From: Sphingobacterium endophyticum
GTDB taxonomy: Bacteria; Bacteroidota; Bacteroidia; Sphingobacteriales; Sphingobacteriaceae
Length of the DNA: 64,000 nucleotides
Direction: 5' to 3'
NCBI GenBank assembly: GCA_040393725.1
Contig: JBEBTR010000002.1
Span: 20,912-84,911, forward strand
The position numbers and the translations under genes are program-made. How positions within the stretch are numbered: the stretch's first letter is position 1; every line of letters begins with the position of its first letter. Below, one piece after another: positions 48,752-57,959 of the stretch. Below the pieces are notes generated by a model. That model did no database searches and was not told the origin of the DNA. It saw nothing but the letters and a program-made list of their open reading frames with translations.

Positions 48752-50011
48752 TTATTTTTTATCCACTTTATACAATTTTCCGCCATCGGTAACTGAATAT
48801 AGAGCGCCGTTTTTACCTTGTATAACATCTCTAAAACGTTCACCTTTATCAGCAAGAATTCTTTCTTCGCCAACGACTTTGTTGTCCTTGATGACAATCC
48901 TAGCAATATGTGTACTGCTTAATCCACCAATGAAAAGATTGTTTTGCCATTCAGGAACATTTGACCCTTTATAGAAAGTCATTCCACTAGGAGATAAAAC
49001 AGGGTCCCAATAATATACGGGTTGTTCTAAGCCATCTTTTTGCTGAATTGGAGGATTGCCGATAGCATCTCCTTTATATTCGATACCATAAGTAATTGTT
49101 GGCCAACCGTAATTGTTGCCTGGTTTTACCAAGTTAATTTCATCTCCTCCACGAGGTCCGAATTCTGAATCCCACAATTCTCCAGTTGTTGGATCAATGG
49201 CTAATCCTTGAACATTTCTATGGCCATAGCTATAGATTTCTGGTTTAGCATCTGCTTTTCCTGCAAAAGGGTTTCCTGCTGCTGGTTTACCTTCTTTAGT
49301 GATTCTAAGGATTTTTCCTAAAGCAGAATTTAATTGTTGTGCTTGAGGGCGAGTTTCTAAATCAGAACGTTCTCCGGTTGAAACGAACAAATTACCGTCT
49401 TTATCAAATAAAATACGGCCACCATAATGTAATTTACCATTGTATGTTGGCAATGCTTGATAAATAACCGTAGCGCCTTCGATTGTTTTTTCATCTGCAG
49501 ATAGTTTACCTTTTGCTACAGCGGTGTGATTACCACCAGATACTGGTTCCGCGAAAGTCCAATAAACCATTCGGTTACTTGCAAAATCTGGGTCTAGCGT
49601 TATACCTAATAGACCACCTTGCCCTTGTGAATCAACTTTAGGAATGCCTGTTATTGCTTCACCTATAGTTTTAGCAGTTGGGTCAACAATACGCATTGTA
49701 CCTTCTTTTTCGGTTACTAAAAGTCTACCATCAGGTAGTTCAGCGATTCCCCAAGGAGATTTAAGTCCCTCAACAACAACAGTTCCTTCATAGGGTGTTG
49801 TTGTTTTTACCCCGGCAATTCGGGTTTGCCCCTCAAATGCAGGTTTATAATCTGCATTCCCTGGTTTAGTTTCAACAGGAGGGTATTTTGTGGTGTCTTG
49901 ACTGGATGCGGTAGAATCCGAAGGTTCATGACCATTTGAATTTGCCCCAGAACATGAAATGAAAGCTGTCGCAGCTGCGAAAAACAATACATTTGAGAAG
50001 TGTTTCTTCAT
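48752..50011 (-). CDS. PQQ-dependent aldose sugar dehydrogenase (YliI/GSDH family) lipoprotein
   Basis: FISC lipobox; PWG, GQGGLLG, HYGGR, YGHRNVQG, GGDEIN, NYGWP, RFRD. Confidence 0.92.
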   Translation of the reverse strand: MKKHFSNVLFFAAATAFISCSGANSNGHEPSDSTASSQDTTKYPPVETKPGNADYKPAFEGQTRIAGVKTTTPYEGTVVVEGLKSPWGIAELPDGRLLVTEKEGTMRIVDPTAKTIGEAITGIPKVDSQGQGGLLGITLDPDFASNRMVYWTFAEPVSGGNHTAVAKGKLSADEKTIEGATVIYQALPTYNGKLHYGGRILFDKDGNLFVSTGERSDLETRPQAQQLNSALGKILRITKEGKPAAGNPFAGKADAKPEIYSYGHRNVQGLAIDPTTGELWDSEFGPRGGDEINLVKPGNNYGWPTITYGIEYKGDAIGNPPIQQKDGLEQPVYYWDPVLSPSGMTFYKGSNVPEWQNNLFIGGLSSTHIARIVIKDNKVVGEERILADKGERFRDVIQGKNGALYSVTDGGKLYKVDKK

Positions 50012-50045
50012 GTTTGTTGGTTTATGTTTAAGTTTATTCTTCTAA

Positions 50046-50612
50046 TTAATTGAACTCCGGTCTCTTAGGAAAGTTTGCAACATGGGCATATTTTGGACCC
50101 ATACTGATTATGGCTTCTTTCCATAGGTTTTCGCCGTCGCTAATAAATGCTAAATCGATATTGAATGAATTATGTACAGCCCATGAATTTTGTTTGATTT
50201 CTCCATCCAATTGTCCTGGACTCCAACCTGAATAACCTAGAAAGATTTTCACTTCTTCGCTGCTAATCAGTTTTTCATTGATTAAATATTTTAATCTTTC
50301 AAAATCACCACCCCAATATAGGTCATCGACTATATGTGTTCCACTCTGTAATTTATCAAAAGCCTTGTGCAGAAAGAATAAAGCATTTCCTTCAACAGGA
50401 CCACCAAAATAAAGTGGCATTTCGGTGTTATCGATGTCTTCAAGGACATCTGATAATAGTAACATAGAACGATGATTCAATATGAGTCCAACTGTACCGT
50501 CGTTTTCATCATGCTCGCACAATAGAATAACGGAACGTTCAAAGTTCTGATCAAGCATAAATGGCTCGGACAAAATTAAACTGCCTCGTTTTGGAATATA
50601 TTCATTGAACAT
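50046..50612 (-). CDS. YqgE/AlgH family protein
   Basis: FERSVILLCEH, GLILN, GGPV, GYSGWSPGQL; TAAATTTG -7 box at 50636-50643. Confidence 0.92.
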   Translation of the reverse strand: MFNEYIPKRGSLILSEPFMLDQNFERSVILLCEHDENDGTVGLILNHRSMLLLSDVLEDIDNTEMPLYFGGPVEGNALFFLHKAFDKLQSGTHIVDDLYWGGDFERLKYLINEKLISSEEVKIFLGYSGWSPGQLDGEIKQNSWAVHNSFNIDLAFISDGENLWKEAIISMGPKYAHVANFPKRPEFN

Positions 50613-50745
50613 AAGAGGATAGATGTGTTAATTACCAAATTTATAGAATATCCTGATTATTCTATTGTAAAATAGCAATAATTTTTCATTTCAGATACTA
50701 TTAAAAATGTATATTATGTTAAGTTTGTAGGAAATATCCTTAGCC

Positions 50746-51396
50746 ATGTCCATTGAACACAAAGAAATTGCTGCCATTCGTGAAGACTATGCTAAAAGCA
50801 GTTTAAGCGAATCGGATGTATTGCATGATCCCATTCAACAATTCAAAAAGTGGTTTGACGAAGCTATATCTTCTCAGGTCACGGAACCTACAGCGATGGT
50901 TCTTTCTACCGTAAATGAAAAGGGATTACCCTCCTCACGGGTTGTTCTTTTAAAAGATATTAAATCAGAAGGATTAAGTTTCTTTACAAATTATAATAGC
51001 CGTAAGGGCCAGGAGATTCTTCAAAATCCACATGTATCCATATTATTCTTTTGGCCAGAGTTGCAACGTCAGGTGCGATTTGAGGCTACAGTTGAAAAGC
51101 TATCAAAAGAAGATTCTGATGAGTATTTCGCATCGAGGCCTCGAGGAAGTCAAATTGGCGCTATAGCGTCTCCACAAAGTGTTATTATACCTAATCGTGA
51201 GTCTCTTGAAAAGCGTGTTGCTGAAGTAGAGCTTGAAGTAGGGGATTTAGCAATCCCAAGACCGGAATTTTGGGGAGGATTTCTTGTCAAGCCAGTACGT
51301 GTTGAATTCTGGCAAGGTAGGAGCAGTAGATTACATGATAGAATTGTATACATCCTTGAAAATGAAATTTGGACTATTAATCGTTTAGCCCCTTAA
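50746..51396 (+). CDS. pdxH: Pyridoxine/pyridoxamine 5'-phosphate oxidase
   Basis: RVVLLK, FFTNYNSRKG, RQVR, YFASRP..SQ, EFWQGRSSRLHDR, RLAP; TAAGTTTG -7 box at 50720-50727. Confidence 0.96.
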   Translation: MSIEHKEIAAIREDYAKSSLSESDVLHDPIQQFKKWFDEAISSQVTEPTAMVLSTVNEKGLPSSRVVLLKDIKSEGLSFFTNYNSRKGQEILQNPHVSILFFWPELQRQVRFEATVEKLSKEDSDEYFASRPRGSQIGAIASPQSVIIPNRESLEKRVAEVELEVGDLAIPRPEFWGGFLVKPVRVEFWQGRSSRLHDRIVYILENEIWTINRLAP

Positions 51397-51398
51397 TC

Positions 51399-51890
51399 AT
51401 GCTTTTAGAAATAAAGAACCATATAGAAAAGAATATTCATCCCGATGCGATTGTAGATTTGCAAGAAACGGGCCTTCAATCTGCATTATATATTTCAAAA
51501 GAGTATTTGAAATCCGTTTGCTTATTTCTGCGTGATCATGAGAATTATTATTTTGATTTTCTAGCTAACCTTACGGCAGTCGATTATTTTCCTGAAGAGT
51601 ATTTTGAGGTAGTTTACAATTTAACATCGATACCTTTTCAGAAACAATTAACACTAAAAGTTAAAATAAATGCTACTAGGGATTTAGAAGATTTACCTGA
51701 AGTGCCTTCAGTGTCGGAGGTTTGGCGTACTGCAGACTGGCATGAAAGAGAAGCATATGATCTTATGGGGATATTCTTTACGGAGCATCCCGATTTACGA
51801 AGAATTCTCATGCCCGAAGATTGGGTCGGATTTCCATTGAGGAAAGATTATCAAGATCCAGAAACATATCATAATATTCCTGTGAAATAG
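51399..51890 (+). CDS. nuoC: NADH-quinone oxidoreductase subunit C
   Basis: [42 protein letters not shown]. Confidence 0.94.
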   Translation: MLLEIKNHIEKNIHPDAIVDLQETGLQSALYISKEYLKSVCLFLRDHENYYFDFLANLTAVDYFPEEYFEVVYNLTSIPFQKQLTLKVKINATRDLEDLPEVPSVSEVWRTADWHEREAYDLMGIFFTEHPDLRRILMPEDWVGFPLRKDYQDPETYHNIPVK

Positions 51891-51895
51891 GCATC

Positions 51896-53089
51896 ATGAA
51901 CGAACTTTATCAACAAGCATATAAAAATTATCAGAATAAGATTGCCACTGTTTCTTCACAAGAAATGGTAATTAATATGGGGCCTCAACATCCATCCACA
52001 CATGGTGTACTTAGGCTGGAGTTAATTACTGATGGTGAAATCGTAAAAGATATTATTCCCCATGTAGGATATCTGCATCGATGCTTTGATAAGCATGCGG
52101 AATCCATGAATTACGGAAAGTCAATACCCTTCACGGATCGATTGGATTATTTAGCATCAATGAATAATGCCCATGCATTTGTAATGGGAGTGGAAAGAAT
52201 GCTCGGTATTCAAGACAAGCTTCCTAAAAGGGTAGAATATATTCGAGTATTAGTTACAGAATTGAACAGGATTGCATCCCACTTAATTGCTATAGGTACA
52301 TATGGTATAGACATTGGAGCATTTACACCTTTTATGTGGTGTTTTAGAGATCGCGAACATATTATGAATATGTTGGAATGGGCTTCAGGATCCCGGATGC
52401 TATACAATTATATTTGGGTTGGAGGCTTATTCTATGATATACCTGTGAATTTTGAAGAACGATGTCAGGAATTTATTACATATTTCAAGCCGAAATTGCT
52501 GGAACTAGATGAGTTATTGTCAAACAATCAGATCTTTATTCAAAGAACTGCTAATATTGGAGTTCTTCCCGCAGATGTTGCGATAAATTATGGATGTTCC
52601 GGACCTATGTTAAGAGGTTCAGGAATAAAATGGGACTTAAGGCGCGTGGATGGTTATTCGGTTTATCCCGAATTAGAATTTGATATTCCAGTTGGCCAAG
52701 GTATTATGGGATCGATTGGAGATTGTTGGGACCGCTATAAAGTCAGAGTAGATGAGGTTAAGGAATCCGTAAGAATAATCGAGCAATGTTTACCAAGATT
52801 AATGCAGGATTTCAAAAGGACACCAGATTTTGACCCTCGTGGCCTGGTGCCTAAAAAAGTTAATCTTAAAGCGCAGGAATATTATGTTAGGGCGGAAAAT
52901 CCTAAAGGAGAACTAGGTTTTTATTTTGTAACCCAAGAGAAGACCGATATTCCAAAACGCGTTAAGGCAAGGGGACCAAGTTTCAATAATTTGTCCGTAT
53001 TACCTGAATTAGGGAAAGGGGTATTGATTGCGGATTTAATTGCAATATTAGGTTCGATCGATATTGTGCTTGGTGAAGTCGACCGTTAA
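51896..53089 (+). CDS. nuoD: NADH-quinone oxidoreductase subunit D
   Basis: [50 protein letters not shown]; no NiFe CxxC motifs. Confidence 0.95.
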   Translation: MNELYQQAYKNYQNKIATVSSQEMVINMGPQHPSTHGVLRLELITDGEIVKDIIPHVGYLHRCFDKHAESMNYGKSIPFTDRLDYLASMNNAHAFVMGVERMLGIQDKLPKRVEYIRVLVTELNRIASHLIAIGTYGIDIGAFTPFMWCFRDREHIMNMLEWASGSRMLYNYIWVGGLFYDIPVNFEERCQEFITYFKPKLLELDELLSNNQIFIQRTANIGVLPADVAINYGCSGPMLRGSGIKWDLRRVDGYSVYPELEFDIPVGQGIMGSIGDCWDRYKVRVDEVKESVRIIEQCLPRLMQDFKRTPDFDPRGLVPKKVNLKAQEYYVRAENPKGELGFYFVTQEKTDIPKRVKARGPSFNNLSVLPELGKGVLIADLIAILGSIDIVLGEVDR

Positions 53090-53141
53090 AATAAACATGC
53101 ATAAAAACGCAAAAAAAATTAGGAATAATCGATTTAATACT

Positions 53142-53149
53142 TATATTTG
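53142..53149 (+). promoter_or_regulatory. Bacteroidota -7 promoter box with no downstream CDS
   Basis: TATATTTG (TAnnTTTG) followed about 40 nt later by a terminator. Confidence 0.6.
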
Positions 53150-53152
53150 CTA

Positions 53153-53222
53153 TCTCATAATTTAAGTTTATAATTGGTTAATAGTTAGGGGAGCAATTGC
53201 CAGATTGCTTCCCTTTCTTTTT
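53153..53222 (+). ncRNA. Candidate ~70-nt small RNA
   Basis: Lies between a consensus -7 box and an intrinsic terminator; no ORF on the + strand. Confidence 0.45.
53187..53222 (+). terminator. Intrinsic terminator
   Basis: GGGGAGCAAT-tgccag-ATTGCTTCCC followed by TTTCTTTTT. Confidence 0.8.
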
Positions 53223-53345
53223 GTAATATAATTCTGAGTCCAATTCTTTATATATAATTGTAAATCAATTTATTAAATTGGAAGAAGGATGTTTTTCCAC
53301 AGTGTTATTCATAAGTTTTTTTGGAAATTAACTAGCCTGATTAGT

Positions 53346-53495
53346 TCTACTCTTGGTCTACTCTTGGTCTACTCATGGTCGATATTCATCCGCACCTTGT
53401 TATGGCATAGTAAGGACCTCGTCCGCTTATGAGCGGACGAGCTGTGGACAATATCCAACCAAGGTGTGGACCATTCACGAGCAAAACACGACCAA
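53346..53495. repeat. Imperfect palindromic element with 11-bp tandem repeats (REP/MITE-like)
   Basis: TCTACTC(T/A)TGG x3; central CTCGTCCGCT-tatg-AGCGGACGAG; symmetric arms 53389-53399/53460-53470 and 53364-53369/53490-53495. Confidence 0.7.
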
Positions 53496-53642
53496 AACCA
53501 AAGTGAAACCTGTAATGGAGCCCATTAATGCTTGTTTGTGCAGAAGGAGGAAATAATTGAAAATAGGTAGGTTAGAAATACTAATAACCTGATTAGATTA
53601 TTTTGGAAAAAATCAGATGTCGATTTATGCAGTTTTTATGAA

Positions 53643-53671
53643 AATGCCCTCTAATCAATTTAGAGGGCATT
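53643..53671 (-). terminator. Intrinsic terminator of the GNAT gene
   Basis: AATGCCCTCTAA-tcaat-TTAGAGGGCATT. Confidence 0.75.
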
Positions 53672-53688
53672 ATGTTTTTTAAGAGTTT

Positions 53689-54006
53689 TTATAGTTCATC
53701 ATATTTTGGGAATCTTGTTGAGACAAGTTCCTTCCACTGTGGATTTTTCTTAATAAATGCGAAAACATAAGGACAATATGGAGATACTGTTTTTCCGGAT
53801 TCCTTTATAAAGTTCAAGGTTTTTTCTACTAAAGCTGCTGCAGCTCCACTACCTGCCAGTTCAGATGGGGCTTCGGTATGTATTAATGCAATGGTGCTAT
53901 TCGTTTCCTTGAAGTCAATAAATGCGATGTGTCCATCAACATTCAATTCAAATCGACTTTTTTCTTCGTTCTTCGTTAGAGGTAGGTTGATAAATTTATC
54001 TTTCAT
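53689..54006 (-). CDS. YjdJ-like small GNAT N-acetyltransferase
   Basis: RFEL.VDG..A, HTE.P.EL.G.G.A..LV, P.CPYV. Confidence 0.88.
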   Translation of the reverse strand: MKDKFINLPLTKNEEKSRFELNVDGHIAFIDFKETNSTIALIHTEAPSELAGSGAAAALVEKTLNFIKESGKTVSPYCPYVFAFIKKNPQWKELVSTRFPKYDEL

Positions 54007-54163
54007 ATAAAATTAACAAAATTATTAATGTTGAAGTTTTAAATAATTCTATAAAGATAGGAGGAACAAAGTGAACTAAAATTGATGTATGATAAGAATT
54101 GGTTGAATTAACCAACCAATTCATCAGAAATTAAGAATAGATTTTTTTTCTATTCTGAGAGCT

Positions 54164-55939
54164 TTAGTCATCTATATGGTAAAGTTCTTCAAATTCTTTT
54201 TTATATTTTTCTAGGATTACTTTTCTTTTCATTTTTAAAGTTGGGGTCAACTCTCCGCTTTCAATGGTAAACTCATCGGGCAGAATAATTGGTTTTTTGA
54301 TTTGTTCCCAATTTCCAAAATGTTGATTTGCCATTTGGACTTCTTTGTTTATTTTACGGACAATTTTTGCTTCAGTCAAGAATTTATCTTTAGGCATTCC
54401 CTTAAGTTCCGGAGCTTCAGTTTTAGACCAATCTTGAAGGTGGGCATAATTAGGGACAATAAATGCGGATGCGAATTTTTGACCATCTCCAATAACCATT
54501 GCCTGTTCAATAAAATTTGATTCAAGCAGTTTCTTTTCGATAGGTTGTGGGATCACATATTTTCCACCTGAAATTTTAAACATTTCTTTTTTACGGTCAA
54601 TGATTTTCAGGAAGACTTCATCTTCCCAAATTCCAATATCACCAGTATGGAGCCAGCCATTAATAATTGTTTTATCGGTTTCTTCTTTGTTTTTGTAATA
54701 TCCCTGCATTACGTTAGGACCTTTAACAAGAATTTCACCATCATCTGCTAATTTAATTTCCACATATTTAACAGCTAATCCTACAGTTCCGATACGAATT
54801 CCTTTCAGGTAGTGATTGACAGAAATGAGAGGTGATGCTTCGGTCATGCCATATCCTTCATAGAGGGGTATTCCTGCTGCCAAGAATACTCTTGCAAGTT
54901 TCGCTTGCAGGGAAGCACTTCCAGAAGCAACTGTTTTTAGATGACCACCCAAGGCTTGATACCATTTATCGAGGACAAGGCTTTTGGCGATTTTTAGTTT
55001 AATGTTATAGGCAAAAGATCGTTTTTCAGGATTAGGGTCGAATTGTTCAGCCACATCCACGGCCCAATCAAATATTTTACGTTTTAAACCAGTTAATTCG
55101 AGACCAGTTTTCATTATTTTTTCATAAACTTTTTCCAAGATTCTTGGAACAGCAGTCATGATATGCGGTTTTACTTCTCCAATATTTTGGCCAATTTTAT
55201 CTAGGGATTCTGCGATATGGATTGTTATACCAATATACATGTAGGTATAGATTACCATTCTTTCATAAGCATGGCATGGAGGTAAAAAAGTTAACGCTCT
55301 GTCATAAGCTTGACAAGGAGTGATTTCTCTAGCTGCCTGAACATTAGATATAATGTTATGATGGGTTAGCATCACACCTTTAGGTTTTCCTGTAGTACCA
55401 GAAGTATAAATCAGGGTAGCCAAGTCAGAGTTTTTAATTTTTGCTCTAGATTCAATTATTTTTGATTCAGGGATATGAGCTCCGACGGTTTTTAATTCAT
55501 CCCAATTACGTATACCTTCATGATGTTCCATGCAAAAAATATACTTTAGGGTATAGATTGATTCTGTAAGTTTTGTTAATCTATTAAAGAGACTTTTTGT
55601 ACTCACGATACAGAGTTTGATTTCTGCATCATTGAATATAAATTGATAATCGGTATCACTTATATTGGGATAAATAGCGACTACAACAGCGCCGATTTGT
55701 TGGATTGCGAAATCTACAATATGCCATTCAATGCTACTATCGGCGATCAATCCAACTTTGTCATTTGGTTTTACTCCTAATTCAATTAATCCTTTGGAGA
55801 CTGCATTTACTTGATTTAAGTATTCTACAGAAGTCAATGTTTTCCATTCGCCATCTAATTTGTGAGCGAACATATTTAAATTTGGAAATAAATCCACCTG
55901 CCTAAGGGCAAGATCAAAAAGTCTAAGGTTTTCGTCCAT
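54164..55939 (-). CDS. fadD: Long-chain fatty-acid--CoA ligase
   Basis: IYTSGTTGKPKGVMLTH, EGYGMTEASP, WLHTGDIG, DRKKE, TPTLKMKR; TACTTTTG -7 box at 56020-56027. Confidence 0.9.
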   Translation of the reverse strand: MDENLRLFDLALRQVDLFPNLNMFAHKLDGEWKTLTSVEYLNQVNAVSKGLIELGVKPNDKVGLIADSSIEWHIVDFAIQQIGAVVVAIYPNISDTDYQFIFNDAEIKLCIVSTKSLFNRLTKLTESIYTLKYIFCMEHHEGIRNWDELKTVGAHIPESKIIESRAKIKNSDLATLIYTSGTTGKPKGVMLTHHNIISNVQAAREITPCQAYDRALTFLPPCHAYERMVIYTYMYIGITIHIAESLDKIGQNIGEVKPHIMTAVPRILEKVYEKIMKTGLELTGLKRKIFDWAVDVAEQFDPNPEKRSFAYNIKLKIAKSLVLDKWYQALGGHLKTVASGSASLQAKLARVFLAAGIPLYEGYGMTEASPLISVNHYLKGIRIGTVGLAVKYVEIKLADDGEILVKGPNVMQGYYKNKEETDKTIINGWLHTGDIGIWEDEVFLKIIDRKKEMFKISGGKYVIPQPIEKKLLESNFIEQAMVIGDGQKFASAFIVPNYAHLQDWSKTEAPELKGMPKDKFLTEAKIVRKINKEVQMANQHFGNWEQIKKPIILPDEFTIESGELTPTLKMKRKVILEKYKKEFEELYHIDD

Positions 55940-56183
55940 AACAAAAATAATCCTGTCTTTTCAGTTTTTAAACAGGAGACTCCCTGATGCATAACAGGAT
56001 TGTTAGCAAAGAAGTTTTGCAAAAGTAGGAAAATGTTAAGTGAAGAATTAAATAATTTATTTTTTGCCGTAAACTGCTTATTCAAGGTTCAATTCTTAAT
56101 TTTTTTAAGAAGATTTAGATTTTATTGAGATTGAGTTATTTTGTTCATTTAGTTAAAAGTTTTAAGTTTGTATAAATTTAATT

Positions 56184-57959
56184 ATGATGAATACCTATAA
56201 TAATCCTGTGTTGGAAAACCTTCCTAAGCATTTACGAAGGTATGTTGTTGAGCAGAATTATGATCGCTATAGTTCAATTGACCAGGCAATATGGCGGTAT
56301 GTTATGCGGCAGAATTATGCTTATTTAAAGGACATTGCGTTTTATCCTTACATTCCAGGATTAAGTAAAGCAGGATTGACGATTGAACGAATTCCAAGTT
56401 TACAATCGATGAATGATAGTTTATCCAGGATAGGATGGGGAGCAGTGACGGTAGATGGTTTTATTCCACCTGCAGCATTTATGGAATTTCAGGCACATTG
56501 CGTATTAGTGATTGCTGCTGATATTCGTCAGCTAGAGCATATTACCTATACACCAGCTCCGGATATCATTCATGAATCCTCTGGCCACGCACCCATCATA
56601 GGGGAGCCGGAGTATGCCAGGTATTTACAATATTTTGGTGAAGTGGGTTCGAAGGCGATGAGTTCAGCAAAAGATTTTGAATTGTATGAAGCTATACGTG
56701 CGCTGTCGATTATCAAAGAGAAGGACAATGCGACGGAAGAGGAGATACAGTTGGCAACTGTTAGGTTTAATGAAGTTTCTTCGAATATGGGGGAGCCTTC
56801 AGAAATGGCGTTACTCAGCAGATTGCATTGGTGGACGGTTGAATATGGGTTGATAGGGACAGTGGAAGATTTTAAGATTTATGGTGCGGGTTTATTATCC
56901 TCAATAGGCGAAAGTGCCACATGCATGAATCCTAAAGTGAGTAAGCTAATTTATAGTTTAGATACGTTAAACTATTCCTATGATATAACTAGGCCACAGC
57001 CGCAATTATTTGTTACTCCAGATTTTGCGCATGCTTATCGGATATTAGATGAATTTGCAGAAGGAATGGCATTTCGAGTTGGCGGTAAATTAGGGATGGA
57101 AAGAGCCGTTTCCAGCAATAATATATGTACAGTTGAACTTAGTTCAGGATTGCAAATTTCTGGAAGATTTGTATTTGAAGGTTTAGGGGAGGATTTGCAT
57201 GGGGTTAAAACAGTTGGAGCAACGGCATTGGCCTATGCAAATAAGGAATTAGAAGGGCATGGGAAATCTTACCATGTTGAAGGTTTTAGTTCGCCAGTTG
57301 GGGATTTGTTAGGAATAAATAAAAAGCTAGAAGATTGTAGTTCTCAAGATCTGGAGGATATGGGAATTAGCATAGGGAAATTAAAGAGCTTATATTTTGA
57401 TTCAGGCATACTGGTGTCAGGAAAAGTGGAATCTCTATTGTTTTCGGAAAGTGGAAAATTACTATTGATTAGTTTTTCAGGATGCAATGTTATCCACGAA
57501 CCGTCGGGGGAGTTTCTATTTAAAAGTGAATGGGGGATTTATGATATGGCAGTTGGCCATTCAATCGTTTCTGTATATTCTGGGGCTGCTGATAAATTTG
57601 CATTTGATCCAGATATAAATCTATCTTCGATTCGTACAGAAAAACAGTTAATTTCTTCGGATCAGCGGAAACTACATGGGTTTTATGCTGAGATTAGATC
57701 TGCTAGGGAAAATGGGTTTACAAAAAACCAATTGACGGAGATTTACGATAATTTAAGGGAGAGCTATTCCCAAGATTGGTTAGCGGTAATAGAACTTTAT
57801 GAACTAGCAATTTATAAAGGTGATGGAGAAATGGAAGAAAGATTGGAACAGGATTTATTAATAAAGGCCAAGGAAAACCCTGACCTTTCAAAATTAATTT
57901 CTGATGGGATGCTTCTTGCAAAGACCCAGCCCATAAACTTAGAATTAGTTAATAAGTAA
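56184..57959 (+). CDS. phhA: Aromatic amino acid (phenylalanine 4-) hydroxylase, long form with C-terminal extension
   Basis: YTPAPDIIHESSGH, WWTVEYGL, YGAGLLSSIGE, YDITRPQP; TAAGTTTG -7 box at 56163-56170. Confidence 0.88.
   Translation: MMNTYNNPVLENLPKHLRRYVVEQNYDRYSSIDQAIWRYVMRQNYAYLKDIAFYPYIPGLSKAGLTIERIPSLQSMNDSLSRIGWGAVTVDGFIPPAAFMEFQAHCVLVIAADIRQLEHITYTPAPDIIHESSGHAPIIGEPEYARYLQYFGEVGSKAMSSAKDFELYEAIRALSIIKEKDNATEEEIQLATVRFNEVSSNMGEPSEMALLSRLHWWTVEYGLIGTVEDFKIYGAGLLSSIGESATCMNPKVSKLIYSLDTLNYSYDITRPQPQLFVTPDFAHAYRILDEFAEGMAFRVGGKLGMERAVSSNNICTVELSSGLQISGRFVFEGLGEDLHGVKTVGATALAYANKELEGHGKSYHVEGFSSPVGDLLGINKKLEDCSSQDLEDMGISIGKLKSLYFDSGILVSGKVESLLFSESGKLLLISFSGCNVIHEPSGEFLFKSEWGIYDMAVGHSIVSVYSGAADKFAFDPDINLSSIRTEKQLISSDQRKLHGFYAEIRSARENGFTKNQLTEIYDNLRESYSQDWLAVIELYELAIYKGDGEMEERLEQDLLIKAKENPDLSKLISDGMLLAKTQPINLELVNK

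Noticed and set aside
51896-53089. NuoD-like protein as a NiFe hydrogenase large subunit
   Set aside because: Both CxxC nickel-binding motifs are absent; RLDY and DIVLGEVDR are complex I signatures
53346-53380. Tandem 11-mers as a CRISPR array
   Set aside because: Repeats are too short, directly adjacent with no spacers, and there are no cas genes
53353-53556. 67-aa ORF over the palindromic element
   Set aside because: Non-ATG start inside the tandem repeat and no protein-like features; better explained as repeat DNA
55945-56005. Alternative pairings (AATCCTGT with ACAGGA or ACAGGATT) in the fadD 5' leader as a riboswitch
   Set aside because: Stems are only 6-8 bp, with no known aptamer consensus and no terminator U tract
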